From a virus: a stretch of 64,000 nt of DNA. Positions 1-9,456 of the stretch are shown one piece after another; within the stretch, counting starts at the first letter, position 1, and every line of letters starts with the position of its first letter. Below the pieces are notes generated by a model. It was not told the origin of the DNA and did no database searches. It saw nothing but the letters and a program-made list of their open reading frames with translations. Location of the stretch: IMG/VR virus record IMGVR_UViG_3300032240_002475, positions 1 through 64,000 of that record; one strand, written 5' to 3'. Both the position numbers and the translations under genes were made by a program.

Positions 1-140
1 ATTTAACCAATCATCTGCTTTATAATCTGGATGGTTTTCTTTCATATAATCAATACCCTTTACCCAAATCCAACAAAGATATGCCAATGCCGGTAATACT
101 ACCAATAATACTGTTAATATACTTGTCATAATTTATTTGT

Positions 141-713
141 TTAATCCCACCAACCTCTCATATCTGAACCATTGTACCATTCATTCCATACATCTTTGGT
201 CTTTTTTTCTTCGGTTGGTATTGTTTTAAAATATTTCTTATAATCTAAAATAGACTGACCTTTAAAGATATTCCACAACTCTCTCCATTCTCTATCATCT
301 ATTGTTGATGATAATTTAAATACTCTTTTGTTATGTTCGTTTTCTTCTTTGGTGTTGGTATCTAACAATCTACTAGCCCCATTTCCTAAATCTTCAAACT
401 CCAATGGCTTCAAATGTAGTTTACCTAATTCAGCTTCAGCTTGGTCAATATAATTATCATTTAAACGATTATTTAATAATTTAATTGCTCTCTTAATCTT
501 CTCTACTTTCTTACCTCTACTGACATTTTCTTCCATGCCGTTCTTTTCCAATTTATCAACCATAATAGTTAAGGAACGATGCAACATCTCCAATGTATAA
601 CGATAATCATACCATTGATGATTATATAATTCCTTACGGAAACGCCAAATGTTTCCAAAAAATCTTAGGATACCATATCTAATAAATTCCCATATTCTGT
701 ATCGTGTTGTCAT
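141..713 (-). CDS. hypothetical phage protein
   Basis: 190-aa ORF co-oriented and abutting neighbours; no recognised motif. Confidence 0.7.
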   Translation of the reverse strand: MTTRYRIWEFIRYGILRFFGNIWRFRKELYNHQWYDYRYTLEMLHRSLTIMVDKLEKNGMEENVSRGKKVEKIKRAIKLLNNRLNDNYIDQAEAELGKLHLKPLEFEDLGNGASRLLDTNTKEENEHNKRVFKLSSTIDDREWRELWNIFKGQSILDYKKYFKTIPTEEKKTKDVWNEWYNGSDMRGWWD

Positions 714-714
714 A

Positions 715-1470
715 TTACATTAAAAAGTTTATCTCTTTTGTTTGAAAATTGTAATCAAAAGTAATTGGTTTATTTTTATACTGATATTCCAATGATACAG
801 ATGCTCCATTAAAAGAATACATATCACCTACTTGTTTATACCCATAACCTTCGTGAACGTGCCCACAAAAATGTAGGTTTGGTTTTACAACCTGTAATCT
901 ATTGTAAAGGTCTTCACATCCAACTGGCAACCCACTATTGTATGCAACATCTAATGCTCCATACATAGGTCCGTGGGTAATTACAATGTTAGTATCTGTT
1001 GGAATGGTGTTCCAAAGTTTTGCAGCATCTTCACCTCTGTTTACATTAAATGCCCAATCTCTACCAAATGTAGGAGAGAAAGGTGAACCCCAAATCTTTA
1101 CACCATCTATTGTAATACTTTCATTTTCCAAATAGAATACACCACCTGCTAATCCAACTTCCAATAATTCACATAACCATTGTGGTTTTGCTTCATCAGC
1201 AGGTTCTTCATACGCTTTAAGTCCATCAAACCAATCTGCTTTCCTACGTTGTAATACTTCAGATTCAAATGTTAAGTCGTGATTACCTGCAATAAATACT
1301 TTGTTTGTGTAGTTATCTATTTTATTGAACCATTTGATAAATTGTTCAATTTCAGACCTTCTACCAATAGATGTAAAATCACCACTATGGATTAAAAGGT
1401 CTCCACCTGGCAGGTCTTCTTGAAGTTTTGAGTGGTTATTATGTGTATCACTTATGTGAGTTATTTTCAT
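715..1470 (-). CDS. calcineurin-like metallophosphoesterase (MPPED/239FB-like)
   Basis: Motifs ISDTH, HSGD, AGNHD, THGP, GHVHE. Confidence 0.9.
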   Translation of the reverse strand: MKITHISDTHNNHSKLQEDLPGGDLLIHSGDFTSIGRRSEIEQFIKWFNKIDNYTNKVFIAGNHDLTFESEVLQRRKADWFDGLKAYEEPADEAKPQWLCELLEVGLAGGVFYLENESITIDGVKIWGSPFSPTFGRDWAFNVNRGEDAAKLWNTIPTDTNIVITHGPMYGALDVAYNSGLPVGCEDLYNRLQVVKPNLHFCGHVHEGYGYKQVGDMYSFNGASVSLEYQYKNKPITFDYNFQTKEINFLM

Positions 1471-1651
1471 CTGATATGTAACCTAAGTTTGAGTATGCTA
1501 TTAATAAACTATCCAATGCAACTGATAAATGGTGCTTAACATCAGGATTTGCTATTGAAATGGGGTGATTTAAAATGTGGTCATCTAAATTGATTGATGT
1601 AATATGTATCCTATCCATCAACTCTAAATATTGTTCTTTGTTAGATTCCAT
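1448..1651 (-). CDS. hypothetical protein
   Basis: Short ORF overlapping neighbours in the same operon. Confidence 0.55.
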   Translation of the reverse strand: MESNKEQYLELMDRIHITSINLDDHILNHPISIANPDVKHHLSVALDSLLIAYSNLGYISDENNSHK

Positions 1652-1901
1652 CAGTTGATTCTTTTTGTTTTTTCATAAAGTGTATATAATTTACTTTATC
1701 AAATTCATCTCCAATATTATCTGCGAATAGTAATTGTATATCTCTATTCATTCCAACTCCAATACCAACAAAACCAAATCCTTCACAAATAATTGATTTG
1801 TAATATCCTCTTGGTATTCCTGCTGCTATTTCTTCAATATCAAAATCCCAAGGCATTTCTGGGTCGTGAATCTCGCAGTATTGTTTACTAAACTCTGCCA
1901 T
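1641..1901 (-). CDS. hypothetical protein (start trimmed to MAEFSKQ)
   Basis: ATG at 1901 follows an A-rich leader and a TATATTTG-type box; the longer ORF overlaps a tRNA-like RNA. Confidence 0.6.
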   Translation of the reverse strand: MAEFSKQYCEIHDPEMPWDFDIEEIAAGIPRGYYKSIICEGFGFVGIGVGMNRDIQLLFADNIGDEFDKVNYIHFMKKQKESTDGI

Positions 1902-1951
1902 ATTATTTATTTTATAAAACAAATATACGAAAAATATTTCATATATCCAAG

Positions 1952-2126
1952 TGGCTGTGGTAGGAGGATTCGAACCATCCAAAGGGAGATTCAGTAAATA
2001 ACATCCGCTGGCCAGCTTGGTGGTCTACCCCATATTACTTACCTATTTCTTTGTCCCTGCCCCCGAGACAGGAGGGTGTGTCTGCCAAGGTAGTGACACT
2101 GCACTACCGAATTTCACCATACCACA
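1952..2126 (-). ncRNA. expanded tRNA-like RNA (~175 nt, Asp-like GTC loop, encoded CCA)
   Basis: Acceptor TGTGGTA/TACCACA + G + CCA; T-arm GG-TTCGAAT-CC; anticodon arm CCCTC-CTGTCTC-GGGGG; extra hairpin in the D region and ~80-nt variable arm. Confidence 0.7.
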
Positions 2127-2131
2127 ATGTG

Positions 2132-2216
2132 AGGAGAGTGAGGGATTCGAACCCCCGGTCCTGTTACAGACAATAGTTTTCAAGACTATCTCGTTCGACC
2201 GCTCTGACAACTCTCC
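2132..2216 (-). tRNA. tRNA-Ser(TGA)
   Basis: GGAGAGT acceptor, anticodon arm ATAGT-CTTGAAA-ACTAT, long variable arm, GGTTCGAATCC. Confidence 0.93.
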
Positions 2217-2218
2217 TT

Positions 2219-2776
2219 TTATTCTTCTTCGTAATTCTTTAAATCTTCAATAACTTCTTTATGTATTCTTCTTTCTTCATCCAACAGTTCTTCAAGCATT
2301 TCATAAACCTCTTCTCTATACTCATCATCTTCATAGAATTTACCAACATCTACTAATGCATCCAAATATTCCTCTGTACCATATTCCGATGAATAGTATG
2401 CTACACCCATTGGGTCTAAACTTTCATCTTCAAATCTGTTCTCAATTACAACATCTTCTTTAATACATATCAGTTTAGAACATAGTTGTTTAAGTAATGG
2501 ATTAACTGCATCCCATGCCGATGTTAGATTGATTGTGATTTCATCTTCTGATTCATCTTCAATTTGTCCAAACACCCATTTAGCACCTACATTTTCCAAA
2601 ACCCATTCCCTATCATAATCATCGTTCGTCCAATCCTTATCATATATACCATTGATTAGGTCTATTGTACCTGTATCACCAATCTCATCCTTTACAGAAA
2701 AGATTCTTTGTAACTCATCAATAACTGCTTGATTGCAGTTCTTAACTTTAATGTAATTTTCTACATGATTTGCCAT
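2219..2776 (-). CDS. hypothetical protein (possibly DUF1281/YubB-like)
   Basis: N-terminal MANHVEN, W...GAKW and SAW motifs reminiscent of that family. Confidence 0.55.
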   Translation of the reverse strand: MANHVENYIKVKNCNQAVIDELQRIFSVKDEIGDTGTIDLINGIYDKDWTNDDYDREWVLENVGAKWVFGQIEDESEDEITINLTSAWDAVNPLLKQLCSKLICIKEDVVIENRFEDESLDPMGVAYYSSEYGTEEYLDALVDVGKFYEDDEYREEVYEMLEELLDEERRIHKEVIEDLKNYEEE

Positions 2777-2796
2777 AACTTATTGTTTAATTTGTG

Positions 2797-2870
2797 TGGA
2801 CCAGATAGGACTCGAACCTATGACCTTCTCGTTATGAGCGAGCTGCGCTAACCAACTGCGCTACAAGTCC
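2797..2870 (-). tRNA. tRNA-Ile2/Met(CAT)
   Basis: GGACTTGTAGCGCAGTTGGTTAG..., loop CTCATAA, GGTTCGAGTCC. Confidence 0.88.
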
Positions 2871-2871
2871 A

Positions 2872-2919
2872 TATCGTTTAATCTAACGATAAAATCTAAT
2901 ATCGTTTCTTTCAACGATA
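2872..2919. repeat. two tandem palindromes TATCGTT-N6-AACGATA
   Basis: 2872-2891 and 2900-2919, 28-bp period. Confidence 0.8.
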
Positions 2920-2926
2920 AATGAGG

Positions 2927-3034
2927 TGCCAGAGGAGGGATTGGCTACCCACACGTAGTCCTTTTCGGTTACTGCACCACTTCGAATCAGGCACGTCTAA
3001 TGGTTGTACTTCTCATTCTTTCCGCCACTCTGGC
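2927..3034 (-). pseudogene. degenerate class-II tRNA-like sequence
   Basis: Acceptor GCCAGAG/CTCTGGC and TGGCGGAA...TAGACG D-arm remnants; anticodon stem and T-loop disrupted. Confidence 0.55.
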
Positions 3035-3554
3035 ATATATCTTTACTTTTTTATATCCTCTTTTAAGTATCTGATTAATTCTTTATCATTTGGCTGGATA
3101 CTATAATTGTTCTTAAAGAATATTTCATAACTATCACTACCATACTTACCAATACCATATAACATAGTAGCATCATTACCATCCCATATTAAATAATCTA
3201 AACTCATTTGTAAAAGTCTTTTATATCTTATATTAACCATTCCCAAAGGTTTGATAATTTTTTTTACAAATTGCTCATCCGCATTAATCAATTCGGTTGG
3301 AGTTGGAAAATAATAAAGAAATTCAGGCAATACCATCTTCACCGGCTTTCTTCCAGTCTGATTTAACATAATAACACCTATCATATGCTCCCAAGCATTT
3401 GAAATTTGTTTTTGTACCATCAAATCATCACGTAGAGGAACGAATTTCATACTATCTTATTTAATTAGATTATATAGTGGAGAATAACGGATTAGAACCG
3501 ATGTCTTGCACCACTTCGAATCAGGCACGTCTAATGGTTGTACTTCCCATTCTT
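2973..3554. repeat. 48-bp direct repeat (2973-3020 and 3507-3554, 1 mismatch)
   Basis: TGCACCACTTCGAATCAGGCACGTCTAATGGTTGTACTTC(T/C)CATTCTT present twice. Confidence 0.9.
3043..3450 (-). CDS. HhH-GPD DNA glycosylase (MBD4/endonuclease III-like)
   Basis: IMLNQT, PLGM..R, HhH motif LYGIGKYGSDSY. Confidence 0.8.
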   Translation of the reverse strand: MKFVPLRDDLMVQKQISNAWEHMIGVIMLNQTGRKPVKMVLPEFLYYFPTPTELINADEQFVKKIIKPLGMVNIRYKRLLQMSLDYLIWDGNDATMLYGIGKYGSDSYEIFFKNNYSIQPNDKELIRYLKEDIKK

Positions 3555-3810
3555 GGGTGAAAGTATTTGAAACTGCGATTTCAGGGTAATATTGTTGGTT
3601 ATTTTGATGTTCAATCATTTTTGTTTCAACCTGTTCTTTACACCATTCATGAGCATATTTTAACTTGGTGGCATCAAAACGATATATACCATCTTCACCT
3701 ACAAAAAATTTATCAGCTTCACATACCGCATAATCATTCCAAATTGCAGTTGCAAATGATGTTTTACCTGAACCAGGTAATCCTCTTATTAAAAACAGCA
3801 CTCCACTCAT
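3457..3810 (-). CDS. P-loop kinase/ATPase (AAA_33-like), C-terminus apparently replaced
   Basis: Walker A RGLPGSGKT, EADKFF, AHEWC, VSNTFTQEWE; after that the ORF runs into the 48-bp repeat and tRNA-derived sequence. Confidence 0.75.
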   Translation of the reverse strand: MSGVLFLIRGLPGSGKTSFATAIWNDYAVCEADKFFVGEDGIYRFDATKLKYAHEWCKEQVETKMIEHQNNQQYYPEIAVSNTFTQEWEVQPLDVPDSKWCKTSVLIRYSPLYNLIK

Positions 3811-4148
3811 AAATTATTATCTATATTCCATATGTTAAAAAAATCAAATTCGTTTTCAGTTTCCCACCCATGTAATCTCATACTAATTTCATTTCGGGTT
3901 TCCAAAGATAATGCTTTTGCAATAAATTCTCTACTTACTGCGTGAATCATTTGGACCATCATCACAAAATTACAACCTTCATTTTTTAAATGAATTATTC
4001 TATTAATCTTTTCATCTACATATTCAACCTCATCGAAAGTCCTCCAAAAGCGAATACAAATCGTTTGTAATTCTTCGAAGCATTCATCTTTTGGAGGTGT
4101 ATAGAATAATTTAACTGACTTATCCATTATCTTTATTTTGAATATCAT
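3807..4148 (-). CDS. hypothetical protein
   Basis: ORF overlapping neighbours in operon. Confidence 0.6.
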   Translation of the reverse strand: MIFKIKIMDKSVKLFYTPPKDECFEELQTICIRFWRTFDEVEYVDEKINRIIHLKNEGCNFVMMVQMIHAVSREFIAKALSLETRNEISMRLHGWETENEFDFFNIWNIDNNL

Positions 4149-4797
4149 CTAAGTGGTGGTCATAGTCCCCTATTTCAGAAACTTTAGGTCTGTTTCTAAG
4201 TAATGGAACAACTTCCCTATAAACATTGTATGGTCTAAACTCAGTGTGACCGTCCATACCCACATCCATTCTTTGACCTTTACTAAGTTTTAAATTGTTT
4301 GGTAAGTGGCAGTGACCGTGTAAGTGCATCACACCTTTACCAAGACCATCCCACGAACTTATTGGGTAGTGCATCAAACAAAACTTAAACTGTCCCATTT
4401 CAAGTGTATTGTAGTGAGAAACAGATTTAAATAACCCCTGACATCCATCTCTATTGTTTTCAATGTGGTGGTCGTGATTTCCTAACACTAAGTGAATGTT
4501 TTTACAGATGATTCTGTCCCAAAATTCACGTATTTGTTCATATCCACCAAAAGACCAGTCACCAAGGTGAATTAACATATCATCTTGACCAACAACTTTA
4601 TTGATGTTGTTGATAATTGTGGTATTCATTTTTTCTATTGTGGAAAAATCGCGAGTTTGAGACACAGGGATTTCACCTGATGGGGTTCTCCAACTGGTCA
4701 CACCCCTACATATATTCTTGTGAGAATAGTGGGTGTCAGAAGTAATCCATACATTAACTTCTGGGATATTTTTAGTATCTACAGGGACTTTTATCAT
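4120..4797 (-). CDS. phage metallophosphoesterase
   Basis: TSDTHYSH, HLGD, GNHD, HYP, LHGHCH motifs. Confidence 0.9.
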   Translation of the reverse strand: MIKVPVDTKNIPEVNVWITSDTHYSHKNICRGVTSWRTPSGEIPVSQTRDFSTIEKMNTTIINNINKVVGQDDMLIHLGDWSFGGYEQIREFWDRIICKNIHLVLGNHDHHIENNRDGCQGLFKSVSHYNTLEMGQFKFCLMHYPISSWDGLGKGVMHLHGHCHLPNNLKLSKGQRMDVGMDGHTEFRPYNVYREVVPLLRNRPKVSEIGDYDHHLDDIQNKDNG

Positions 4798-4813
4798 ACA
4801 ACAAAGATAAGAA

Positions 4814-5068
4814 TTATTCTGTGATTAAAAAAATGGGATTTTGGTCTCCAGCAAATAAACCTAAAATATTGTATTCGTAAAATTCAATAGCTTCAAGTGG
4901 AGTCATTCCATCTCTGTCTTCAAGAGTTTGAAGAACTTTGTTTTTTGAGTATAGGATTCTCGGTCCATTACCGAATTCCTCAACAATTCCAATAATTGCA
5001 TCATTAAGACCATCTAATAATACGGCCCCTTCTGCTTGTTCGTTAATATCGTCGATTGAAATTGTCAT
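4814..5068 (-). CDS. conserved phage hypothetical protein
   Basis: DGLNDAIIG...EAIEFYEYNILG pattern; start trimmed to MTISIDD. Confidence 0.65.
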   Translation of the reverse strand: MTISIDDINEQAEGAVLLDGLNDAIIGIVEEFGNGPRILYSKNKVLQTLEDRDGMTPLEAIEFYEYNILGLFAGDQNPIFLITE

Positions 5069-5230
5069 AAAAAAAACGAAAGAAGTCCAAAGTGAAGGCG
5101 ATAAGTAAATTACCAAGATACTATCAAAATGAAGTTGGACTCCTCCCGTTTCAAAATAATAGAATTTCTTCAGAAATAAGTCAAATGAAAAAAAGAAGAT
5201 TTATAAACTATTTATAATAAAAATATTATT

Positions 5231-6484
5231 ATGAGAGGTTATTTTGGATTAGGTCAATTATCTGCAACTGAAAAGTCTGATATTTTGAACCAACATAAAA
5301 GTGTCTATAACGGTTACCAAACAATGCAACCGCAAGTATCAAATACTCAACCATTAACTGTATATGATTTTGCTGGAGACAAAGAAGGATTGGTAGTTAA
5401 TAATAAAGGTGAAGTAAAAAAATATACAAACATGGGAATCAACGAACAAGTTGAAACTAATGAAGTTTGTGATGATTGTGGTGCAATGGAAATGAGTGAA
5501 GGCGAATGTTCTGAGTGTGGTGGTATGATGCGTGAAGGAGAATGTTCTGAATGTGGGTGGAAAGGTGAAGTTGGTGATATGGATGAACATTGGCAAGACG
5601 GTGACCCACAATATACAAGATTAGAGGAAGGTGCGGAATGTTCAGAATGTGGAGGAATGATGTATGAAGGAGAATGTTCTGAATGTGGATGGAAAGGTCA
5701 AATGGATGAAGAAACAGGACATTTGGATGACATTTATAAAGTGAGAGACCTAAACTTAAAACATGGTGATTTTGACTATGTTGAAGGTGGTGGAAATGAC
5801 TACGGAACTTTTGAAGGAATGCATAAAGGGTTATATAAAGAACAAGATGAATTTGTAAACTACGAAGATAATTTTGAAGACCCTGATAATGAGGACGATG
5901 GATTTGAAGATTTGGAAACTGGTGAAGAAATAGATGAACAAGGTGGAAATACAAATGATATGGATGTATCTGATGTTGACCCAGCTTTTGATTTTGAGTC
6001 AAACGGACCAATGGCTGGTGGAGATGTTTACCCTGTTAATGAAGATGGTGAATGTGAAGAATGTTGGGAACCAATGGAATCAGCTTGGGCTGACGAACTT
6101 GATGAAGTAGATGTTTCAGGAGTTCAAGGAATTTACGGAGGTATGAAAAAAGCTTATGATTTTGATAGTGAAGGACCTGGTAAAGCAGGACCTTATCAAC
6201 ATAGTCAGTACGAAGGTGAAACTGACGAGCAATATTTACCACCACACGGTTGGAAAAAAATGGCAAGACAACAAGCCGCTCAAGATAAAGGAGAAGATTT
6301 TGACCCTGACGAATTTGACCCATCTGACTACGAAGACTTAGACCCACTAAGTTCATGGGAAGATATTAAATCTTATTTTGGCGATAATGATTGGAGTGAA
6401 GTTGATGAAGATTTACAAGAATCATTCCATGTACAAAGAAATAAAATTACAGAAATGTTTAACAGATTCAGTAAATACAACTAA
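5231..6484 (+). CDS. very acidic protein with repeated CxxC (EGECSECG) units
   Basis: 417-aa ORF with upstream TATTTAT motif and downstream terminator. Confidence 0.8.
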   Translation: MRGYFGLGQLSATEKSDILNQHKSVYNGYQTMQPQVSNTQPLTVYDFAGDKEGLVVNNKGEVKKYTNMGINEQVETNEVCDDCGAMEMSEGECSECGGMMREGECSECGWKGEVGDMDEHWQDGDPQYTRLEEGAECSECGGMMYEGECSECGWKGQMDEETGHLDDIYKVRDLNLKHGDFDYVEGGGNDYGTFEGMHKGLYKEQDEFVNYEDNFEDPDNEDDGFEDLETGEEIDEQGGNTNDMDVSDVDPAFDFESNGPMAGGDVYPVNEDGECEECWEPMESAWADELDEVDVSGVQGIYGGMKKAYDFDSEGPGKAGPYQHSQYEGETDEQYLPPHGWKKMARQQAAQDKGEDFDPDEFDPSDYEDLDPLSSWEDIKSYFGDNDWSEVDEDLQESFHVQRNKITEMFNRFSKYN

Positions 6485-6488
6485 TAAC

Positions 6489-6516
6489 AAACCCCTCTTA
6501 ATGGAGGGGTTTTTTT
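6489..6516 (+). terminator. intrinsic terminator (bidirectional)
   Basis: AAACCCCTC-TTAATG-GAGGGGTTTTTTT between convergent genes. Confidence 0.8.
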
Positions 6517-7681
6517 ATAAAATATCTTTGATTCTATCGTAGATAAATTCATCTTTTAGCTCACGCCACGAATACTCAATAAATTTACCATCATTAACAA
6601 ATTTAAATAAATCTTGATTTAATGGATAATAAGAATGTATAATTTTTTTTATTTCATTAACACCGTACATTTTCTGAAAGTTTTCAAGGGTATTTTCTTC
6701 TATAAGAACATCATAATATTTTGATGTTGGTAATAAAATATCGAATTGATTACCCTCATCAAAATGCACATTTAAACTAAATTTAACCTTATCATAGTTT
6801 AACGTTACTGTGTATTTTTTTGAATAATCTCTGCCAATTTTTTGACTCGGCAGTAAAAAATGATTTTTAGGTAATTCTCCGTTATATTCAATTAACCCAC
6901 ATGGTCTTTCAAAATCGTAATCAACTATTGATATTAAGTTATTAAAACAATTAGTTACATTTTCACTTATTTTTTCATTGTTGGATATAAGATTTAATTT
7001 TTTTATCGTTTTTTCAAGACTATAGAAATGCGAAAAATGAAACCCATTTTGACAAAGAGTTTTTCCAAGAAGTCTATTTTTTTTTCTACTGTATATTTGA
7101 TAAATTTTATTTGGTGATTGGATTAATGATGAAAATAAAAAACAACAAGTTCCTACATGAGGTGTTGGGTCATAATATTTTGTAGACCATATGAAATTTT
7201 TTTGACTTAAAATAACAGGCTCAAATTTTAAATTATCAATCACAGAGTTAAAATTTAAAAAGTTTGGTATTTCATCTACGTGTGAAAACAATACAATATC
7301 ATCAGGAATCAAATCAAACGACATGAGAAAATTATATAGTTCATACATTTGACAATATATAATATCGTTTTTAGTTAATTCAGAATTTTTAAATTGGGTA
7401 TATTGTGTGAATTCAGTTTTTTCACAAATTAAATCAACAAGAGTCTTATTAATATTTTTAGATACAATATGAATAATTTTGTTTTCCCATTTTTTAAATA
7501 ACTTTTTGCTTTCTTCAAATAATGATTTTTTATGATTTCCCTTAAAGTCTAACTCACATTCCATAATCACAAAATAATCAACAAACTCATCTAATTCATT
7601 TAGTCTAAATAAAAGCATGTCTATCTCGTCATAAAACAAAATACAATCTATCTTCTTATGATTTTTATCAATTACTTTCAT
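6515..7681 (-). CDS. glycosyltransferase family 17-like protein
   Basis: DCILFYDEIDML..RL.EL...VDYFVI.E..F.G..K, S(H)VDEIP and GFHFS motifs. Confidence 0.75.
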   Translation of the reverse strand: MKVIDKNHKKIDCILFYDEIDMLLFRLNELDEFVDYFVIMECELDFKGNHKKSLFEESKKLFKKWENKIIHIVSKNINKTLVDLICEKTEFTQYTQFKNSELTKNDIIYCQMYELYNFLMSFDLIPDDIVLFSHVDEIPNFLNFNSVIDNLKFEPVILSQKNFIWSTKYYDPTPHVGTCCFLFSSLIQSPNKIYQIYSRKKNRLLGKTLCQNGFHFSHFYSLEKTIKKLNLISNNEKISENVTNCFNNLISIVDYDFERPCGLIEYNGELPKNHFLLPSQKIGRDYSKKYTVTLNYDKVKFSLNVHFDEGNQFDILLPTSKYYDVLIEENTLENFQKMYGVNEIKKIIHSYYPLNQDLFKFVNDGKFIEYSWRELKDEFIYDRIKDIL

Positions 7682-7738
7682 ATTCTATTGAAATTATAAC
7701 TTTAGTTAATTACTATTAATATACTAAAACTATTTAAA

Positions 7739-8335
7739 ATGTCATCAAATAATTTTTTCTTAAGTAATCAAAGAAACAACGTTAATCATCTTAATTATTA
7801 TTACTATACTAATGCATTTACACCTGAGGAAATAATGAAAATTATTGAACTTGGTGAAAAATATCCTAAAAAAAGCGCCACAGTAGTTGGTTCAGATGGC
7901 GATAATGTTACTGATTACAGACTTAGTGAAATTGCTTGGTTAGAAGAGAATGATGAAACATATTGGATTTATAATAAATTGTCAGAATACGCCAAAACCG
8001 CAAACCAAGAAATGTGGAATTTTGATATTTGGGGACTTAATGATTCTCTACAATATACAAAATATTATGGTAACGGTGGACATTATGACTGGCACGCAGA
8101 TTTAGGTCCTGGAATTTCAAACAGAAAATTATCATGTGTTTTACAATTATCGTCACCTGAAGAATATGAAGGAGGTGAATTACAAATGAACCCTGGTGGG
8201 GGAGTCATTTCAGTACCAAAAGGACTTGGAACATTATGTTTTTTCCCGTCATTCTTGTTACATAGAGTAACTCCTTTAAATTCAGGTATTAGATTATCTT
8301 TGGTTTCTTGGTTCGGAGGTGCAAATTTTAGATAA
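7739..8335 (+). CDS. 2OG-Fe(II) oxygenase (PKHD/P4H-like)
   Basis: YDWHAD, RKLS, YEGGEL, FPSFLLHRVTP, R.SLVSW. Confidence 0.9.
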   Translation: MSSNNFFLSNQRNNVNHLNYYYYTNAFTPEEIMKIIELGEKYPKKSATVVGSDGDNVTDYRLSEIAWLEENDETYWIYNKLSEYAKTANQEMWNFDIWGLNDSLQYTKYYGNGGHYDWHADLGPGISNRKLSCVLQLSSPEEYEGGELQMNPGGGVISVPKGLGTLCFFPSFLLHRVTPLNSGIRLSLVSWFGGANFR

Positions 8336-8757
8336 TGGAAAGAAAAATAATAACCTATAAAGATTTTAAAGAAATTGGAAAAAGCAACGAATATTTTTTA
8401 TGGAACTTTTTACAAAAAGAACAAGATAAAAATATACTATCCCTTTTTTCAATTTTTAGTGAAAAAAAGAATCATACTAACGGATTAAAAGTCTTATTAG
8501 ATAGTTTAGACATTTCTTATTACGAATCCTATGTAGATGAAAGCGTTGATTTTTTAATTGATATTGGTGTTGAAAATAAAATTTGGGCCCCACCAATTAG
8601 TGGGACAACTCATCCAAATTATTATTTTAATCCTGTTTTACTACTTTTTAAAGGATATAGTTTAAAACGCACAACATTTCAGGGTTGTTATTGTATTGAA
8701 GGTGTTGTTGATTTACTTGGAAAAGAAAATCCCGAATTACTTTCGGGACTTACCTAA
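8335..8757 (+). CDS. hypothetical protein
   Basis: Start overlaps the upstream stop codon. Confidence 0.6.
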   Translation: MERKIITYKDFKEIGKSNEYFLWNFLQKEQDKNILSLFSIFSEKKNHTNGLKVLLDSLDISYYESYVDESVDFLIDIGVENKIWAPPISGTTHPNYYFNPVLLLFKGYSLKRTTFQGCYCIEGVVDLLGKENPELLSGLT

Positions 8758-9338
8758 CGTTCTGTGTTAAAGAAAAATACTTGAAATAATCTTCCATCAT
8801 ACATATTTTTTCCAAAATAGTCTAAAGAAACATGGTAATTATCGGCACGATACATTATCAATCTGTTAAAAACATTTCCTACTCTATCAACCATTTCCCA
8901 TTTAGTATAGTCTTGCATGTCATCTCCTGGAGGGGCTATTTTATTATAATTTGGGTCTTTCTCCGCTAGCTTATAATCATAATTCATCCATCCTGTTGCT
9001 TTATGTTTGAAGATTCCTGTTCCAGCACTCACAGGAGCATCAGGAGTTAAATAACACACTGCAGCCCAATCAGTTGTTGAATCTGCATGAATCCAAGACC
9101 TATCTGCCGCTGTTGTATATTGGAATGACCCAGTATATTCGCCACCCCACCAAGTAACTTCACCCGCAAATGGATATAGTATATCTCGTAATGTTTTCTT
9201 TAATGAATCATTTAAAAATGGCTCTGTTCTTTGGCCTGGGTAATTTCCTCTAACTTTAAATTCTTGTTTTAATGCAAACTCTCTAACCTCCATTGGATTA
9301 GAATAAAAATTATCAATTGTTAATGAATTAAATCTCAT
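8754..9338 (-). CDS. 2OG-Fe(II) oxygenase-like (DUF6445-like)
   Basis: IDNFYSNP, YPGQRT, WIHAD, FNRLIMY..H, RLFQVFF. Confidence 0.75.
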   Translation of the reverse strand: MRFNSLTIDNFYSNPMEVREFALKQEFKVRGNYPGQRTEPFLNDSLKKTLRDILYPFAGEVTWWGGEYTGSFQYTTAADRSWIHADSTTDWAAVCYLTPDAPVSAGTGIFKHKATGWMNYDYKLAEKDPNYNKIAPPGDDMQDYTKWEMVDRVGNVFNRLIMYRADNYHVSLDYFGKNMYDGRLFQVFFFNTER

Positions 9339-9456
9339 AAATTATTTTTTGTAATAAAAGTATAATAATAAATAGAAATAAAAAAAGCGATATTAGTTTG
9401 TAAAAACTATGACTTTTGCTATGTTTTATAATATTTCTTTATAAATTGTTTTTATT

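Noticed and set aside
2017-3106. Plus-strand ORFs 2017-2253 and 2921-3106
   Set aside because: Antisense to tRNA and tRNA-like genes
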